Shown: positions 8,555 through 18,587 of the stretch, piece by piece
How the letters are laid out: each line of letters opens with the position of its first letter
Numbering within the stretch: position 1 is the stretch's first letter
Virus record (IMG/VR): IMGVR_UViG_3300028048_000068
Coordinates: 64,001 to 128,000 of that record
DNA length: 64,000 bases
Strand: one strand, 5' to 3'
Source of the DNA: a virus
Taxonomy: Duplodnaviria > Caudoviricetes
The notes under the pieces: generated by a model
Databases searched by the model: none
What the model saw: the letters and a program-made list of their open reading frames with translations, nothing else
What the model was told of the DNA's origin: nothing
Program-made: the position numbers and the translations under genes

Positions 8555-11500
8555 AACATTAATTTTTTACTATGTTTAAATCTATCTTCTGTTTCAGCTA
8601 TTTTACCCTTATTAAAAGCTGTTTTATAATCACCAGTTAAATATCCGGTTACCCTACGTAATCTTTGAATGTTCTTAGACCCACACTCTGGACATTCGTT
8701 ATCAATTTCACCTTGCCAACCACAATCAAGACAAGTATCTGCAGGTACGTTCAAAGCAAAATATGGTATATCTTTATCCATTGCATAGTTAACAATTTGT
8801 TCTAAAGCTTCAAGATTTTTTAATACAGCACCTTCAAGCTCAACATAAGTAATACAACCGGCGCTTGAATATCCTGTGAGTTCAGATTCAATATCTATCT
8901 TATCAAATGGCGAAATTTCTTTCCATACAGGTACATGCATTGAGTTGGTGAAGTAATCTCTATCACTGATATTTGGAAGCTTTCCAAAGTCTTCTTGGAA
9001 CTTCTTCATAGCTGTATAACAAAGATTTTCGGCTGGAGTATAGTATACTCCAAAGTTTAATTTATAAGTTTGCTTAAATTCAGCGCACCTATCTTTGAAA
9101 AGTTGTTCAATGCGTTTAGCTAATTGCATACCTTTTTCTGTAGTATGGTCGCAACCAATAAGAATTTGCAGACATTCAGCTAATCCAAGCTGACCAATTA
9201 CAATTGTACCATGCTTCAGCGCGGAACGAATACCCTCTTCTGGTATATATCCCTTCATTGTGCCATTTTCATACATAAACTTTGCGGAGGATGGGCTTTG
9301 AGAACATATATACTCAAACCTCTCAAGTAACATATCCTTTGCTTCGTGAATTTTCTCATCAAGTAAAACCATAAAGTCTTCAACATTTCCTGCCTCCATA
9401 GCCAAAGTTGGCAAAATTATTGTGACAGGGCAAATATTGCCTCTACCATCCTTGAGTTGTCCGAATCCGTTTATGTCGTATCCGTTAGCAGTTCTACACG
9501 TGTTAACCTAATGTTACCATTAGCACTGACTATATGTTCCACCTTTCGGTGGCCTCGCGCTTGGAGTTAGTGCCTATCTCTAACTCTACTCCCTTACACT
9601 CATCAGGGATAGTCGATACACCTTATTCTTCATAATATTCAAATATCCAAGTATTTTTAAACGGAGATTTAATTTGACCGTTTAATCTAGTAGTAATTGA
9701 AGTTTTGCCATTCTTGATTCCACATGCTTGCGCACAAGCTATAACAGTATCAAAAATGTCAATTTCACCAGTTTTAATATTGGTTCGTTTTACTTTTCGT
9801 GCCATTGGATTTTTAGCACCAAGTTTTGTTTGACGAATTTTATCTTTAATAATATTCATTTCTTCTTTAGTTTTAGATTGATAAGTATTACCGCCACATT
9901 TAGAAATAGCATCAGTTTCATTATATCCTTTATTAACCGAGTCATAAAAACGAATCCAATACTGTTCTTTTTTATTTAACTCATCTTGTGTTTCGGCATT
10001 ATCAATAACTTGAAGTTTAAAACTTTGTGGGCCATATTTTCTAATGGCTCTAGCGAAATGAGTATCTAATATGTTATTTAAAGCATCATTAATATGCCTG
10101 TTAAACCTATATTCTACAGGACGAGTTGTTTGTCCTATATAAACTTTATTGTTTTGAATATTTGTTATTATATATATTTCTCCAATAATCATTAATAAGT
10201 CTCCTTTTTAATGAATATTATGAAGAATCTTGGCACGGTCTCATCCACTAGGGACCTAACCGTTAGCCACTATTGTGACACCCGCGGGCGCGGTTCACGA
10301 GGTTTTAGATGGGCTATAGTTTACGCTTACCCATCGTTGAGAAATATGTGCTAGGGTCGTTGCGGTCATATCCCGCGTTGCCCGACCAATCTACATTGGC
10401 ATAGTTTGGATATAAGCGTTTTGCTGTTGATTCAAGAGCAAGTTTATATAAGTCATAATTTGGGGTACCTGGTTTATCATTGACACCTTTCATATATTGG
10501 AAGATTCCACAAGGGAAAATTGCCGTTTTGTGAAGTTTGCCAACTCCTTTGATTGAGCCTTCGAGAAGAGCTTTAATAATCATGCGGCCCTCTGGAAGTG
10601 TGCATGTGCCGTAATTAATTGATGTGAATGGTAGCTGATTGCCGCTGCGCGATTGAAGGGTATTAAGGTTATGATACATTCCTTCAACTGCTTGAGCGAT
10701 TTCTTTTTCTGTCATATCCATGGCATATTTATATGCTTTAGACTTTATTTTAAAAATATCATCATCAATGGATAACTCTACCATTGTATAATTATTCCAA
10801 TAAGAAAAATCTTCTTCAATATAGGTAAGTCCATCTTTAAAATGCTTATAAAAACTTTTTCTTACATATGGAACCATTGTCCAATCAAGATGTGATGCAC
10901 TTACTCCACCAAATTGTTGAAGCGACTGAAGCTGGAACAGAACGGCTACTAACTGAAATGCTGTATTAACTGAATTGGCTGGTCTTACATCTGTTTGTCT
11001 TGTGTTAAATCCATTGGCAAGTAAATCATCAAATGGAACTGTTAAACAGTTATGCATCCCCAGAATATAAGCATCAAGGTCATGAATATAAATCTCATTA
11101 TTTAAATGATTATTACGAGCCATTTTTGAAACAAGATTATCAAGTGCATACTGTTTAAAAATAACCGAATCTGCCTCACCTCTGCGGCCGCCGAATGAGT
11201 ATTCGTCAACATTAGCATTTTGATTCTGTACGTCGGTTGCGGCTAGCTTAACAGCGACGCGGTCCATCATTTGCGTATTCCACTCACGTTCACGATTTCT
11301 GTCTTGTCTATAACGGATATATGCCCTTGCCACATCTTTACGTTTTGTAGACATAAGTCCGTTTTCAACCAAGTCTTGAATTTCTTCTACTGTTAAAATT
11401 TTATTGTTTTCTTTTTCAATAAAAGTAGCTATATTATTGGCTTTATCTATTGCATAGGTAGAGATTTCTCCATCAATTTGTTCAAAAGCTTTTAATATAG

Positions 11501-11564
11501 CATTAACGATTTTGTTTTTATTAAATTCAACTATTCTTCCGTCTCTTTTTTTAATATATTGCAT
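8551..11564 (-). CDS. nrdD: Anaerobic ribonucleoside-triphosphate reductase, spliced: exon1 11564-10329, exon2 9498-8551 (727 aa)
   Basis: ATP cone (IKKRDGRIVEF), a junction restoring STMG-CRTANG, a Zn site CLDC..CPEC and the glycyl radical loop RRVTGYL. Confidence 0.95.
9499..10328 (-). ncRNA. Group I intron in nrdD (830 nt)
   Basis: The exon ends AUGGGU and pairs with GCCCAU (U.G). P7 is CGACUA / AUAUAGUC. A terminal G precedes the UGU Cys codon. Confidence 0.92.
9623..10192 (-). CDS. Intron-encoded GIY-YIG homing endonuclease
   Basis: EIYIITN...VYIGQT and KEQYWIRFYDS..KGYN, inside the nrdD intron. Confidence 0.88.
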   Translation of the reverse strand: MIIGEIYIITNIQNNKVYIGQTTRPVEYRFNRHINDALNNILDTHFARAIRKYGPQSFKLQVIDNAETQDELNKKEQYWIRFYDSVNKGYNETDAISKCGGNTYQSKTKEEMNIIKDKIRQTKLGAKNPMARKVKRTNIKTGEIDIFDTVIACAQACGIKNGKTSITTRLNGQIKSPFKNTWIFEYYEE

Positions 11565-11592
11565 TTATCCCTCCTAAGTAATTAAAAATATA

Positions 11593-11787
11593 TTAAGGAT
11601 TGATTTTTTCGCCACAATAAATACAAACATCATTTTCATATTTGTGTGGACAAATAGACCTAAGATATTCATTATCTTCCATATACTTTTGTACTTCCGG
11701 TTGAAGAATGAATATAGATGGGTCTATTAATGACTGGATTTTTTGATTGTTGAAATTAATTTTATCTCTAATTTCGTCACCTGTCAT
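11593..11787 (-). CDS. Small hypothetical protein with CPH..CxxC motif
   Basis: 64 aa, coupled to the upstream gene. Confidence 0.6.
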   Translation of the reverse strand: MTGDEIRDKINFNNQKIQSLIDPSIFILQPEVQKYMEDNEYLRSICPHKYENDVCIYCGEKINP

Positions 11788-12895
11788 TTCTTACTTCACC
11801 TCCACGATATTCATAAAAGTCTTTGAATAAATCATAATTATTTTCTCTTACAAAATTAAAAATCTTTTGTATAGACTCTTTCTCTAATATTGGCTCTTTT
11901 ATGTGATATTGTTTAATGGCGGCATAACAGTAGCTATATAGTGTTTCAAAAGGTTCAACCGTATTGAAGAACGCAGACCTTCTTTTAACTACTAAATGCT
12001 GTGTATATCTAGCAATTAATTTCATTACGTTTTTCCAGTCATCATCAATGAGAGAGTTCTCATTATATATAAGTGGAAAAACGATATGATAACTTCGTAA
12101 ATTTATGATGTTGCGAAAAATACGTTGAATACCACCATTGATTAATTCTTCATTAGTGTAGCAGTTGGTTAAGTCAACAGATAGTTGTTGATAAGCCGCT
12201 GAAGTTTGCATTACTTCGGTCATTTCTGGGATATATGACTCATCTATTAAACCCTGGTGAGTTAGAGAGAAATAGGTTCCCATTGGCTGAAGTTCTAACC
12301 AAGATATTAAATCTGTTTTATTGTTTACGATGACCGGATACTTCATACCTACTCGGCGGCCAAGCGAATTGGATATCCAATCAGTTAGATTATCTTTAAT
12401 TAGTACTAATGCGCCATCAACATTGTTTAAATTATAGTCATGAAATATAATTCCAAAGTTGTCGCTGTCATGCCGAAATTGTTTTTCAAAGTCTTTCCAA
12501 ACAGTACTTCCATCAAGAGAAAGTCTTACATGTTCAGCGCGGCGCATTGTACTTAAAGCATTTTTATTGTAACCGTGTGCCAATTTTGGATTTAAACTAC
12601 CGTATAATGATATATCGGGTTTCATGCGCTCTATATCTAATGGAAGTGGCTTATATTTATCTCCGTCGAAGGCGCGGCCGCCATATTCGACGTTCGAATA
12701 TGTAGGTAACTGCGTATATGGATTATAGAAGTCTTGACGTACAATAAAATGGTTGTATCGGTTAGGGGAATAGCTGGGCGCTAACCCAACTATTTCCCGT
12801 TTGCGTTTGTAATAAGAGGATAATTTCATTAGTTCCAAATTATAAAAAGGAATTGGATAGTATGGAAGGTCTGCATCATATAATCCATAACTCAT
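11777..12895 (-). CDS. Hypothetical protein resembling the N-terminus of a phage radical-SAM-like family, lacking CxxxCxxC
   Basis: GLYDAD...NLELMKLSSYYK...GG...LPLDIE.MKPD.SLY pattern. Confidence 0.45.
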   Translation of the reverse strand: MSYGLYDADLPYYPIPFYNLELMKLSSYYKRKREIVGLAPSYSPNRYNHFIVRQDFYNPYTQLPTYSNVEYGGRAFDGDKYKPLPLDIERMKPDISLYGSLNPKLAHGYNKNALSTMRRAEHVRLSLDGSTVWKDFEKQFRHDSDNFGIIFHDYNLNNVDGALVLIKDNLTDWISNSLGRRVGMKYPVIVNNKTDLISWLELQPMGTYFSLTHQGLIDESYIPEMTEVMQTSAAYQQLSVDLTNCYTNEELINGGIQRIFRNIINLRSYHIVFPLIYNENSLIDDDWKNVMKLIARYTQHLVVKRRSAFFNTVEPFETLYSYCYAAIKQYHIKEPILEKESIQKIFNFVRENNYDLFKDFYEYRGGEVRNDR

Positions 12896-13716
12896 TGTTT
12901 ATCCTCCACCGTCCAATAAAAATCTTTATAAGGTTTAGAATCATTCAAGCGGCGCTTAATTCCACATAAAATAGTATTATATTGTACTTCTGGGTGAAAC
13001 TGGTGAAAATATTCAGCGGCTTCTTTAATACTGTTAAATGTGTTTATAAGATTATGGTTTAAATCATATTGCTTAGTGATTCTATTTGAGGTTAAACGCT
13101 TACGAAAATCACTAGTATGTATATTATTACTTTGCATATATCCTTGAATTGTTGCCTCGGTTGTCCCTAAAATGAAACCTACCTCTTTGACTTTATACCC
13201 CTCTTTTAAAAGAGGAATTATTTGGGCTTTATCATAATCATTATACCCTTTTCTAATTGGATAACTTTGCCCTTGAATGCGCCAAGCTAAGCCATAATTT
13301 ATACGCCCAATTTGCTCCGCAGACAAATTAAACTGTTCTCCAATTTGTTTATAAGTTTTATTGGTGGTTTGTAATTGATTAATAATATTTTTATAACGCT
13401 GTGGAATAGATAAGTTGGTATAGTGAGTCTCTGGTTTGTTAATATTATAGCCATAAGGAAGATAAGCATTATATAAATCTATATAATAATCTTCTTTATA
13501 AGGTAATTCATCAATTTCACATTCTTCTAATATAGAAAATTCAAACTTATCTATTCCATATTTACGAATTGCTCGATATAGAGGATAGTTTTTTGTTTTA
13601 CTATCGCATCTATGTTGGTTCCATCTATTTAAAATATGCTTGCTTTGCCCCACATAATTTTTTCCGTTTACAGTGTTGTGTATTAAATAAATACCAGTAA
13701 TAATAGTAGTATACAT
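12892..13716 (-). CDS. Free-standing GIY-YIG homing endonuclease
   Basis: TGIYLIHN...YVGQS and LYRAIRKYG, with HTH/NUMOD1-like C-terminus. Confidence 0.88.
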   Translation of the reverse strand: MYTTIITGIYLIHNTVNGKNYVGQSKHILNRWNQHRCDSKTKNYPLYRAIRKYGIDKFEFSILEECEIDELPYKEDYYIDLYNAYLPYGYNINKPETHYTNLSIPQRYKNIINQLQTTNKTYKQIGEQFNLSAEQIGRINYGLAWRIQGQSYPIRKGYNDYDKAQIIPLLKEGYKVKEVGFILGTTEATIQGYMQSNNIHTSDFRKRLTSNRITKQYDLNHNLINTFNSIKEAAEYFHQFHPEVQYNTILCGIKRRLNDSKPYKDFYWTVEDKQ

Positions 13717-16700
13717 TATTCCGCCTCCGCGCGCTCAGAAGTAGTTTCTATTGTTCCGTCCTCTCGTATATAAGTGATTTTTTCTACTAATGAGTATGGA
13801 GTTTTGGAGTATTTTTTAGCTAAAAAATTCGTTTCGTCTTTTTTAATTCCAGTTACAATTATTTTATTTCCTCGGCTAAAATAACTTTTTTCAACTACTT
13901 TTTTAGTACCATCCGCGCGCCGTATAGATATTTGCTTGTCATAATGTGTGAATGCATCACCGAATATCTTTACGGTTACTACGCTATCATTTGTTAATAA
14001 GGTAACCGTTTTTTTGTTTTTATCTCTATCTAACACCGTTCCCGCAATGCGACAAATTTTAAACATCGGAATTCTTCTTCCATCTTTTGAAGGAAAAGTA
14101 TAGTCAACTATTGGTTCATTAGGTAATTTATTGAAACTACTTATTCCATATAAACTATTTTTAAGCTTTTTTAATTCATGGTCGTGGATATAACATGAAA
14201 TCGAATCCATTTCCCACTGACTTATGTTACCTAAACAATATTTGTCCCATAAGTCTTGTCTTAATCTATTGTTTACTTTATTTAATAATTCTTCATTGTT
14301 TTTTTGAATAAATGGACGAATTATATCCATTTGCTTTTTATATATTTTATCCCAATCAGTTTGTTTAATTTGAAATATATATTGAGGTTCAGAACTAACC
14401 ATTAATAAATCCATATCAAAATTATATGAGTAAAAGCCTAATGCTATATCATCTAATCCATATGAATTACCAAATTTAAATTTTTTCAAATACTTATTAA
14501 AATTGTAAACTCTACATTGTAAATCGTATTCTTCTGGAATCAAGCCAAAGTCAATTAACATCTTCATATTTTGAAGTGTAATACGCTTTTTCTTATCTGC
14601 AATCAAATCTATATACACATTCATTGCTTTTATACGGTCGCCGCCATATAATCCATCGAATGCGCCCGACTTAATCAAATTAATCATCTGCGGTTTATTA
14701 ATTTTAATTTTACTTAAAAAATCTTCAATATTCTTATATGGACGATTCTCCATTATTTGCTTTACAATTTCATCGCCTACTTTTGTAATACCACTTAATC
14801 CATATACGATACGATTATTATCTATATCTGGCGAAAATGTATATTTTGATTGATTTATATCAGTTGCAACAATTGATACGCCCTCATGACTCATTTTTCC
14901 AATAGCTGTAGCAATCTTACCATAGTTTGCACTTTTTGCTGGTTTCTTTTTGGACTTAGATTCAGATATATCGGATTCATCTTCATCATCGTCATCACTG
15001 TCTTCAAATACTCCCATTGATAAGTCATAAGTGGTTTCCCCAACATCTTCTCTATCTGTTCCTTCGTCATCATCTTCACTTTCTTTTTCTGCGCCACCGC
15101 TATCAGAGATAAGACACGCGCAATCCCACAAAATCGTTGGATATTTATATGCAAGATTTAATTCCTGTAATCCAATTAACGAATATGCTAATGTATGTGA
15201 TAGGTTAAATCCATATCCTTTTGACATCGCGATTAATACGTTCCATACATAAGTACATAACTTTTCATCTAAACCTTTTTCTTTTATTGTTTTAAAATAC
15301 TCATCGGTTAACTTATCATATTCTGCTGGATTCTTTTTCGCAATTGATTTTCTTAACTTATCCGCCCAAGTCAGATTAAATCCACCTAGCTCTGGGAGCT
15401 GAACCAATTGCATGAACTGTTCTTGTGCAATACACAAACCATATGACGTACTCAATACTGGTTCAAGAATTTCTTTAGCTTCGGCGCCGAGTCCATATTT
15501 CTTTAACTCATAATCCCAATCGCTTGGGTGTGCTTTAAAACGCGCAAGCTTATTAACTGGCATTTCTCCACCCTTTTCTGTCGCCATAAGACGAATTGCA
15601 GAGTTGAGAATTGCCAAGTCATCTACTGATGTTGGTTTCATCGCTGCAATTCCGCTTATTCCAGACTGTTTCTCCATTTGGAATAAACTCATTACCTTAT
15701 GATTCCAACACATCTCCCACATTTCTTTACTATCTCTTTCGAGATTGTAAATACCAATTATTTTTTCATATGTTTCTTTTAATGTGGCTTCTCTTTCCTC
15801 ATAACCATATTCACAAATTAAATCAATACAGTTATGAATTTTATCAAGTGCTTCTACTGAAAGAATATCGTATTTAATAAGTCCTGTATCTTCTGCATCA
15901 TGAAGGTCGAACTGTGTAATAATTTCGCCTTTTGGCGCACGCATAAGTGCGGTTGACTCTGTAAACGGTTCATCAACAAAAATTACACCACCTGCGTGGA
16001 TACCGCAACCATTTATAAGTCCTTCGATACCCTGCGCGACTCTCCATACCTCTGGATAATTCTCTTCCATTTCAGTTCTAAACTGAACCGATGCGCTCAT
16101 TCCGTTGTCTGGGTCACCATAGAATGTTTGTTTGAGAGTTCGAAGCTGTCCTCTATCTGCTTGGATAAATGAAGATAGATATGCAGCTATATCATTGTCA
16201 ATTCCAAGACCACGACAAGCTGTTTGAATTGCCGACTTTGACTTCTCTGTCTTCAAAGTTAATACGTTCGCAACCCTATCTTCTCCATAAATATTACGGA
16301 ATGACTTCAATACTTCTGCGCGCCGGCCGCCCTCGATGTCAATATCTACGTCAAGAACCGATACACGCTCTGGATTTAAGAATCTCCAACGCTTTGTCTG
16401 ACTCTTTTCTCTTAATGGATTTATCTGTGTAATACCTAACAGATATAATAATATAAATCCTACTCCTGAGCCTCGGCCGCAACCGACGAGAGTTCCTGCA
16501 TCCCAACACGCATCAATTATGTTTTGAAGATTTAAAAAATATGCACTCCATCTACTTCCATTTACTTCTGATGAAATCCATGTATCTTCAAGACACGCAT
16601 TAATTTCATCTAATGTACGTTTATTTTGAAATTCATGATATTTACTTATTTTATATATAATTGCTTCTGCTAAACGACGGTCTTCAGAATACTCTGAATT

Positions 16701-17723
16701 CCAAAAATTCTTTAAAAAAGGAACCCTTTCTCCCCAATATGTTATGGCCCAATTCCAATCAAACATATTATACGTTTTCCAATTTAATCTTGGAATTTTT
16801 AATGGCTTCATTAACGAATAATCTTCACACTTATCTCTAATTTCTTCAATTGTCTGATAAGCTGATTGAAGAACTTCTTCACCCATTTCCTTTTCCATAT
16901 ATTCGCGCACTTCTTCATCACTCATAAGATAGGTTGTTGCATAGAAATCGTCGACCTCTCTATCTCCTTGTTGTGAGTTTAAAAATGCTTTATGAATTGG
17001 TCTATCTGCCTTTTTCAAATAATGGGCATCATTCGTTATTATATACTTAATTCCTAACTCTGCGCCCAGCTCAACAAGTTTATGATTCACATAAATCTGG
17101 TCTTTATTAAACGATGGCTGCATTTCAAAATAGAAATCGTCTACTCCAAAAATACTCTGCATCTGTTGAATCCATCTTTTGATTAAATCCATCGAAGGCG
17201 CGCCAGTATCTCTATTACGGATAAGCTGAGTCGGAAGGCATCCTCCCAAACATGCCGTACATCCAATTACATGACCTGGATTAGCTCCAATTATATCAAT
17301 TAAATCTTGATAATAAGTCGGAACTCTTCTCATTCCACGAGTTACATAACTCTTCATCCATGCACGCGAAGAGACCTCGCGGATTTGTTTATGTCCCTCA
17401 AGGTCTTTTGCAAGTAATATGAAATGAAAATATCTGTCTGTTTCTTTTTTATAATTTTGATTATTTAATCCGTTTCTTACAAGATAAATTTCGTTTCCTC
17501 TAATAAGTTTGAAATTCGGATTATTTTTCTTGATTTTATTATAATATTTTTCTGCACGAATGTGCGATGCGATTGTGTCGTGTTCGGTAATTGCTACTCC
17601 ACTATGACCCAATTCGATTGCGTAATCTATAAGACCCTCGACCGTGTTTATGCTATCGCGCAAACGAAAGTTCGAAAAATCTGTGTGATTATGCAGACTT
17701 AAAGGGTATCTTAGTCTATCCAT
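13716..17723 (-). CDS. dnaE: DNA polymerase III alpha subunit (C-family)
   Basis: PHP domain (HNHTDFS, TEHD, NDAHY), GRGSG, DVDID, HAGG, KYDIL, GYGFNLSH and a C-terminal OB fold. Confidence 0.95.
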   Translation of the reverse strand: MDRLRYPLSLHNHTDFSNFRLRDSINTVEGLIDYAIELGHSGVAITEHDTIASHIRAEKYYNKIKKNNPNFKLIRGNEIYLVRNGLNNQNYKKETDRYFHFILLAKDLEGHKQIREVSSRAWMKSYVTRGMRRVPTYYQDLIDIIGANPGHVIGCTACLGGCLPTQLIRNRDTGAPSMDLIKRWIQQMQSIFGVDDFYFEMQPSFNKDQIYVNHKLVELGAELGIKYIITNDAHYLKKADRPIHKAFLNSQQGDREVDDFYATTYLMSDEEVREYMEKEMGEEVLQSAYQTIEEIRDKCEDYSLMKPLKIPRLNWKTYNMFDWNWAITYWGERVPFLKNFWNSEYSEDRRLAEAIIYKISKYHEFQNKRTLDEINACLEDTWISSEVNGSRWSAYFLNLQNIIDACWDAGTLVGCGRGSGVGFILLYLLGITQINPLREKSQTKRWRFLNPERVSVLDVDIDIEGGRRAEVLKSFRNIYGEDRVANVLTLKTEKSKSAIQTACRGLGIDNDIAAYLSSFIQADRGQLRTLKQTFYGDPDNGMSASVQFRTEMEENYPEVWRVAQGIEGLINGCGIHAGGVIFVDEPFTESTALMRAPKGEIITQFDLHDAEDTGLIKYDILSVEALDKIHNCIDLICEYGYEEREATLKETYEKIIGIYNLERDSKEMWEMCWNHKVMSLFQMEKQSGISGIAAMKPTSVDDLAILNSAIRLMATEKGGEMPVNKLARFKAHPSDWDYELKKYGLGAEAKEILEPVLSTSYGLCIAQEQFMQLVQLPELGGFNLTWADKLRKSIAKKNPAEYDKLTDEYFKTIKEKGLDEKLCTYVWNVLIAMSKGYGFNLSHTLAYSLIGLQELNLAYKYPTILWDCACLISDSGGAEKESEDDDEGTDREDVGETTYDLSMGVFEDSDDDDEDESDISESKSKKKPAKSANYGKIATAIGKMSHEGVSIVATDINQSKYTFSPDIDNNRIVYGLSGITKVGDEIVKQIMENRPYKNIEDFLSKIKINKPQMINLIKSGAFDGLYGGDRIKAMNVYIDLIADKKKRITLQNMKMLIDFGLIPEEYDLQCRVYNFNKYLKKFKFGNSYGLDDIALGFYSYNFDMDLLMVSSEPQYIFQIKQTDWDKIYKKQMDIIRPFIQKNNEELLNKVNNRLRQDLWDKYCLGNISQWEMDSISCYIHDHELKKLKNSLYGISSFNKLPNEPIVDYTFPSKDGRRIPMFKICRIAGTVLDRDKNKKTVTLLTNDSVVTVKIFGDAFTHYDKQISIRRADGTKKVVEKSYFSRGNKIIVTGIKKDETNFLAKKYSKTPYSLVEKITYIREDGTIETTSERAEAE

Positions 17724-17758
17724 TCACATTTACTCCTTTTCTTTTATTTTATATTATA

Positions 17759-17787
17759 ATTATATCAGATTTTTATTAATTTGTCAA
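17759..17787 (-). promoter_or_regulatory. Sigma-A promoter for dnaE
   Basis: TTGACA-17-TATAAT with TG extension. Confidence 0.85.
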
Positions 17788-17961
17788 ATTAAAATAGTCT
17801 TTATATAGAAAATATATTTCTAAATCTTCTTTTGAAGGATAAATCCAGCCATCGTGTATTCCAATACACAAATATCGTAAATTAGTTTTATATTGAGCTG
17901 GCATTGGATAAAATCCACCAAATTCAATTGTGGGGTATTTCTTTTTAAATAAGTTAAACAT
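17776..17961 (-). CDS. Small hypothetical protein
   Basis: 61 aa, in a run of tightly packed ORFs. Confidence 0.5.
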   Translation of the reverse strand: MFNLFKKKYPTIEFGGFYPMPAQYKTNLRYLCIGIHDGWIYPSKEDLEIYFLYKDYFNLTN

Positions 17962-17963
17962 AA

Positions 17964-18191
17964 CTAAAATACCTTTGTCATATAATATAATTCTAAATCT
18001 TTTTTAAAATTTTCATATTCAAGTTGTAATTGTTCTATTTTATTCTTCCATTCTTTAGCTTCATCAATTCTACCTTGTCGATAGCCTTCTTCATAAACTT
18101 GACGCAGATGATAACCTTCTTCAAAAGCTTTATGTAAACCATCTGTAATATTATTTTTATCACAAGTTATTATTGCCATAGCTAACCTCAT
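17964..18191 (-). CDS. Small hypothetical protein
   Basis: 75 aa, YEEGYRQG motif, TAATG coupling. Confidence 0.55.
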   Translation of the reverse strand: MRLAMAIITCDKNNITDGLHKAFEEGYHLRQVYEEGYRQGRIDEAKEWKNKIEQLQLEYENFKKDLELYYMTKVF

Positions 18192-18406
18192 TAATCAGTA
18201 ATTAATTTTTCTCTTAAAGAAAAATTCATAGTATGATATTTTTTATATGTCATATAAATATAGAAATATCCAAATAATGCTCCTACCAATGTTGAATATC
18301 CTGCATATAATGGTTGTCCTTGACAGCAAGCTATTACATAGAATTTACAATCGGTTGGTTTGGTCATATTTAACTGTTTCATAATTAATACCCTGCTTGT
18401 TGCCAT
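18191..18406 (-). CDS. Small hypothetical protein, possible TM segment
   Basis: 71 aa, overlapping its neighbours. Confidence 0.5.
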   Translation of the reverse strand: MATSRVLIMKQLNMTKPTDCKFYVIACCQGQPLYAGYSTLVGALFGYFYIYMTYKKYHTMNFSLREKLITD

Positions 18407-18585
18407 TTACATTTTGGACATTTATAAGTATATTGTGGTGGATAACTTGTTAAAACCAAACTCATATTTTTATATATAAAATCTCCACAGTTTGGACATT
18501 CTATGTCTGTTTTTATCCATGTTTGATTGTCATTAAAAAGAAAATGCTCTCTTTGTCTTTCTGCTTGATAATCATACCAGTTCAT
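18385..18585 (-). CDS. Small Zn-ribbon protein
   Basis: CPNCG...YKCPKC. Confidence 0.6.
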   Translation of the reverse strand: MNWYDYQAERQREHFLFNDNQTWIKTDIECPNCGDFIYKNMSLVLTSYPPQYTYKCPKCKWQQAGY

Positions 18586-18587
18586 AA

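Noticed and set aside
5218-11564. thyX and nrdD fragments as pseudogenes or separate split genes
   Set aside because: Removing the introns restores continuous frames and conserved motifs.
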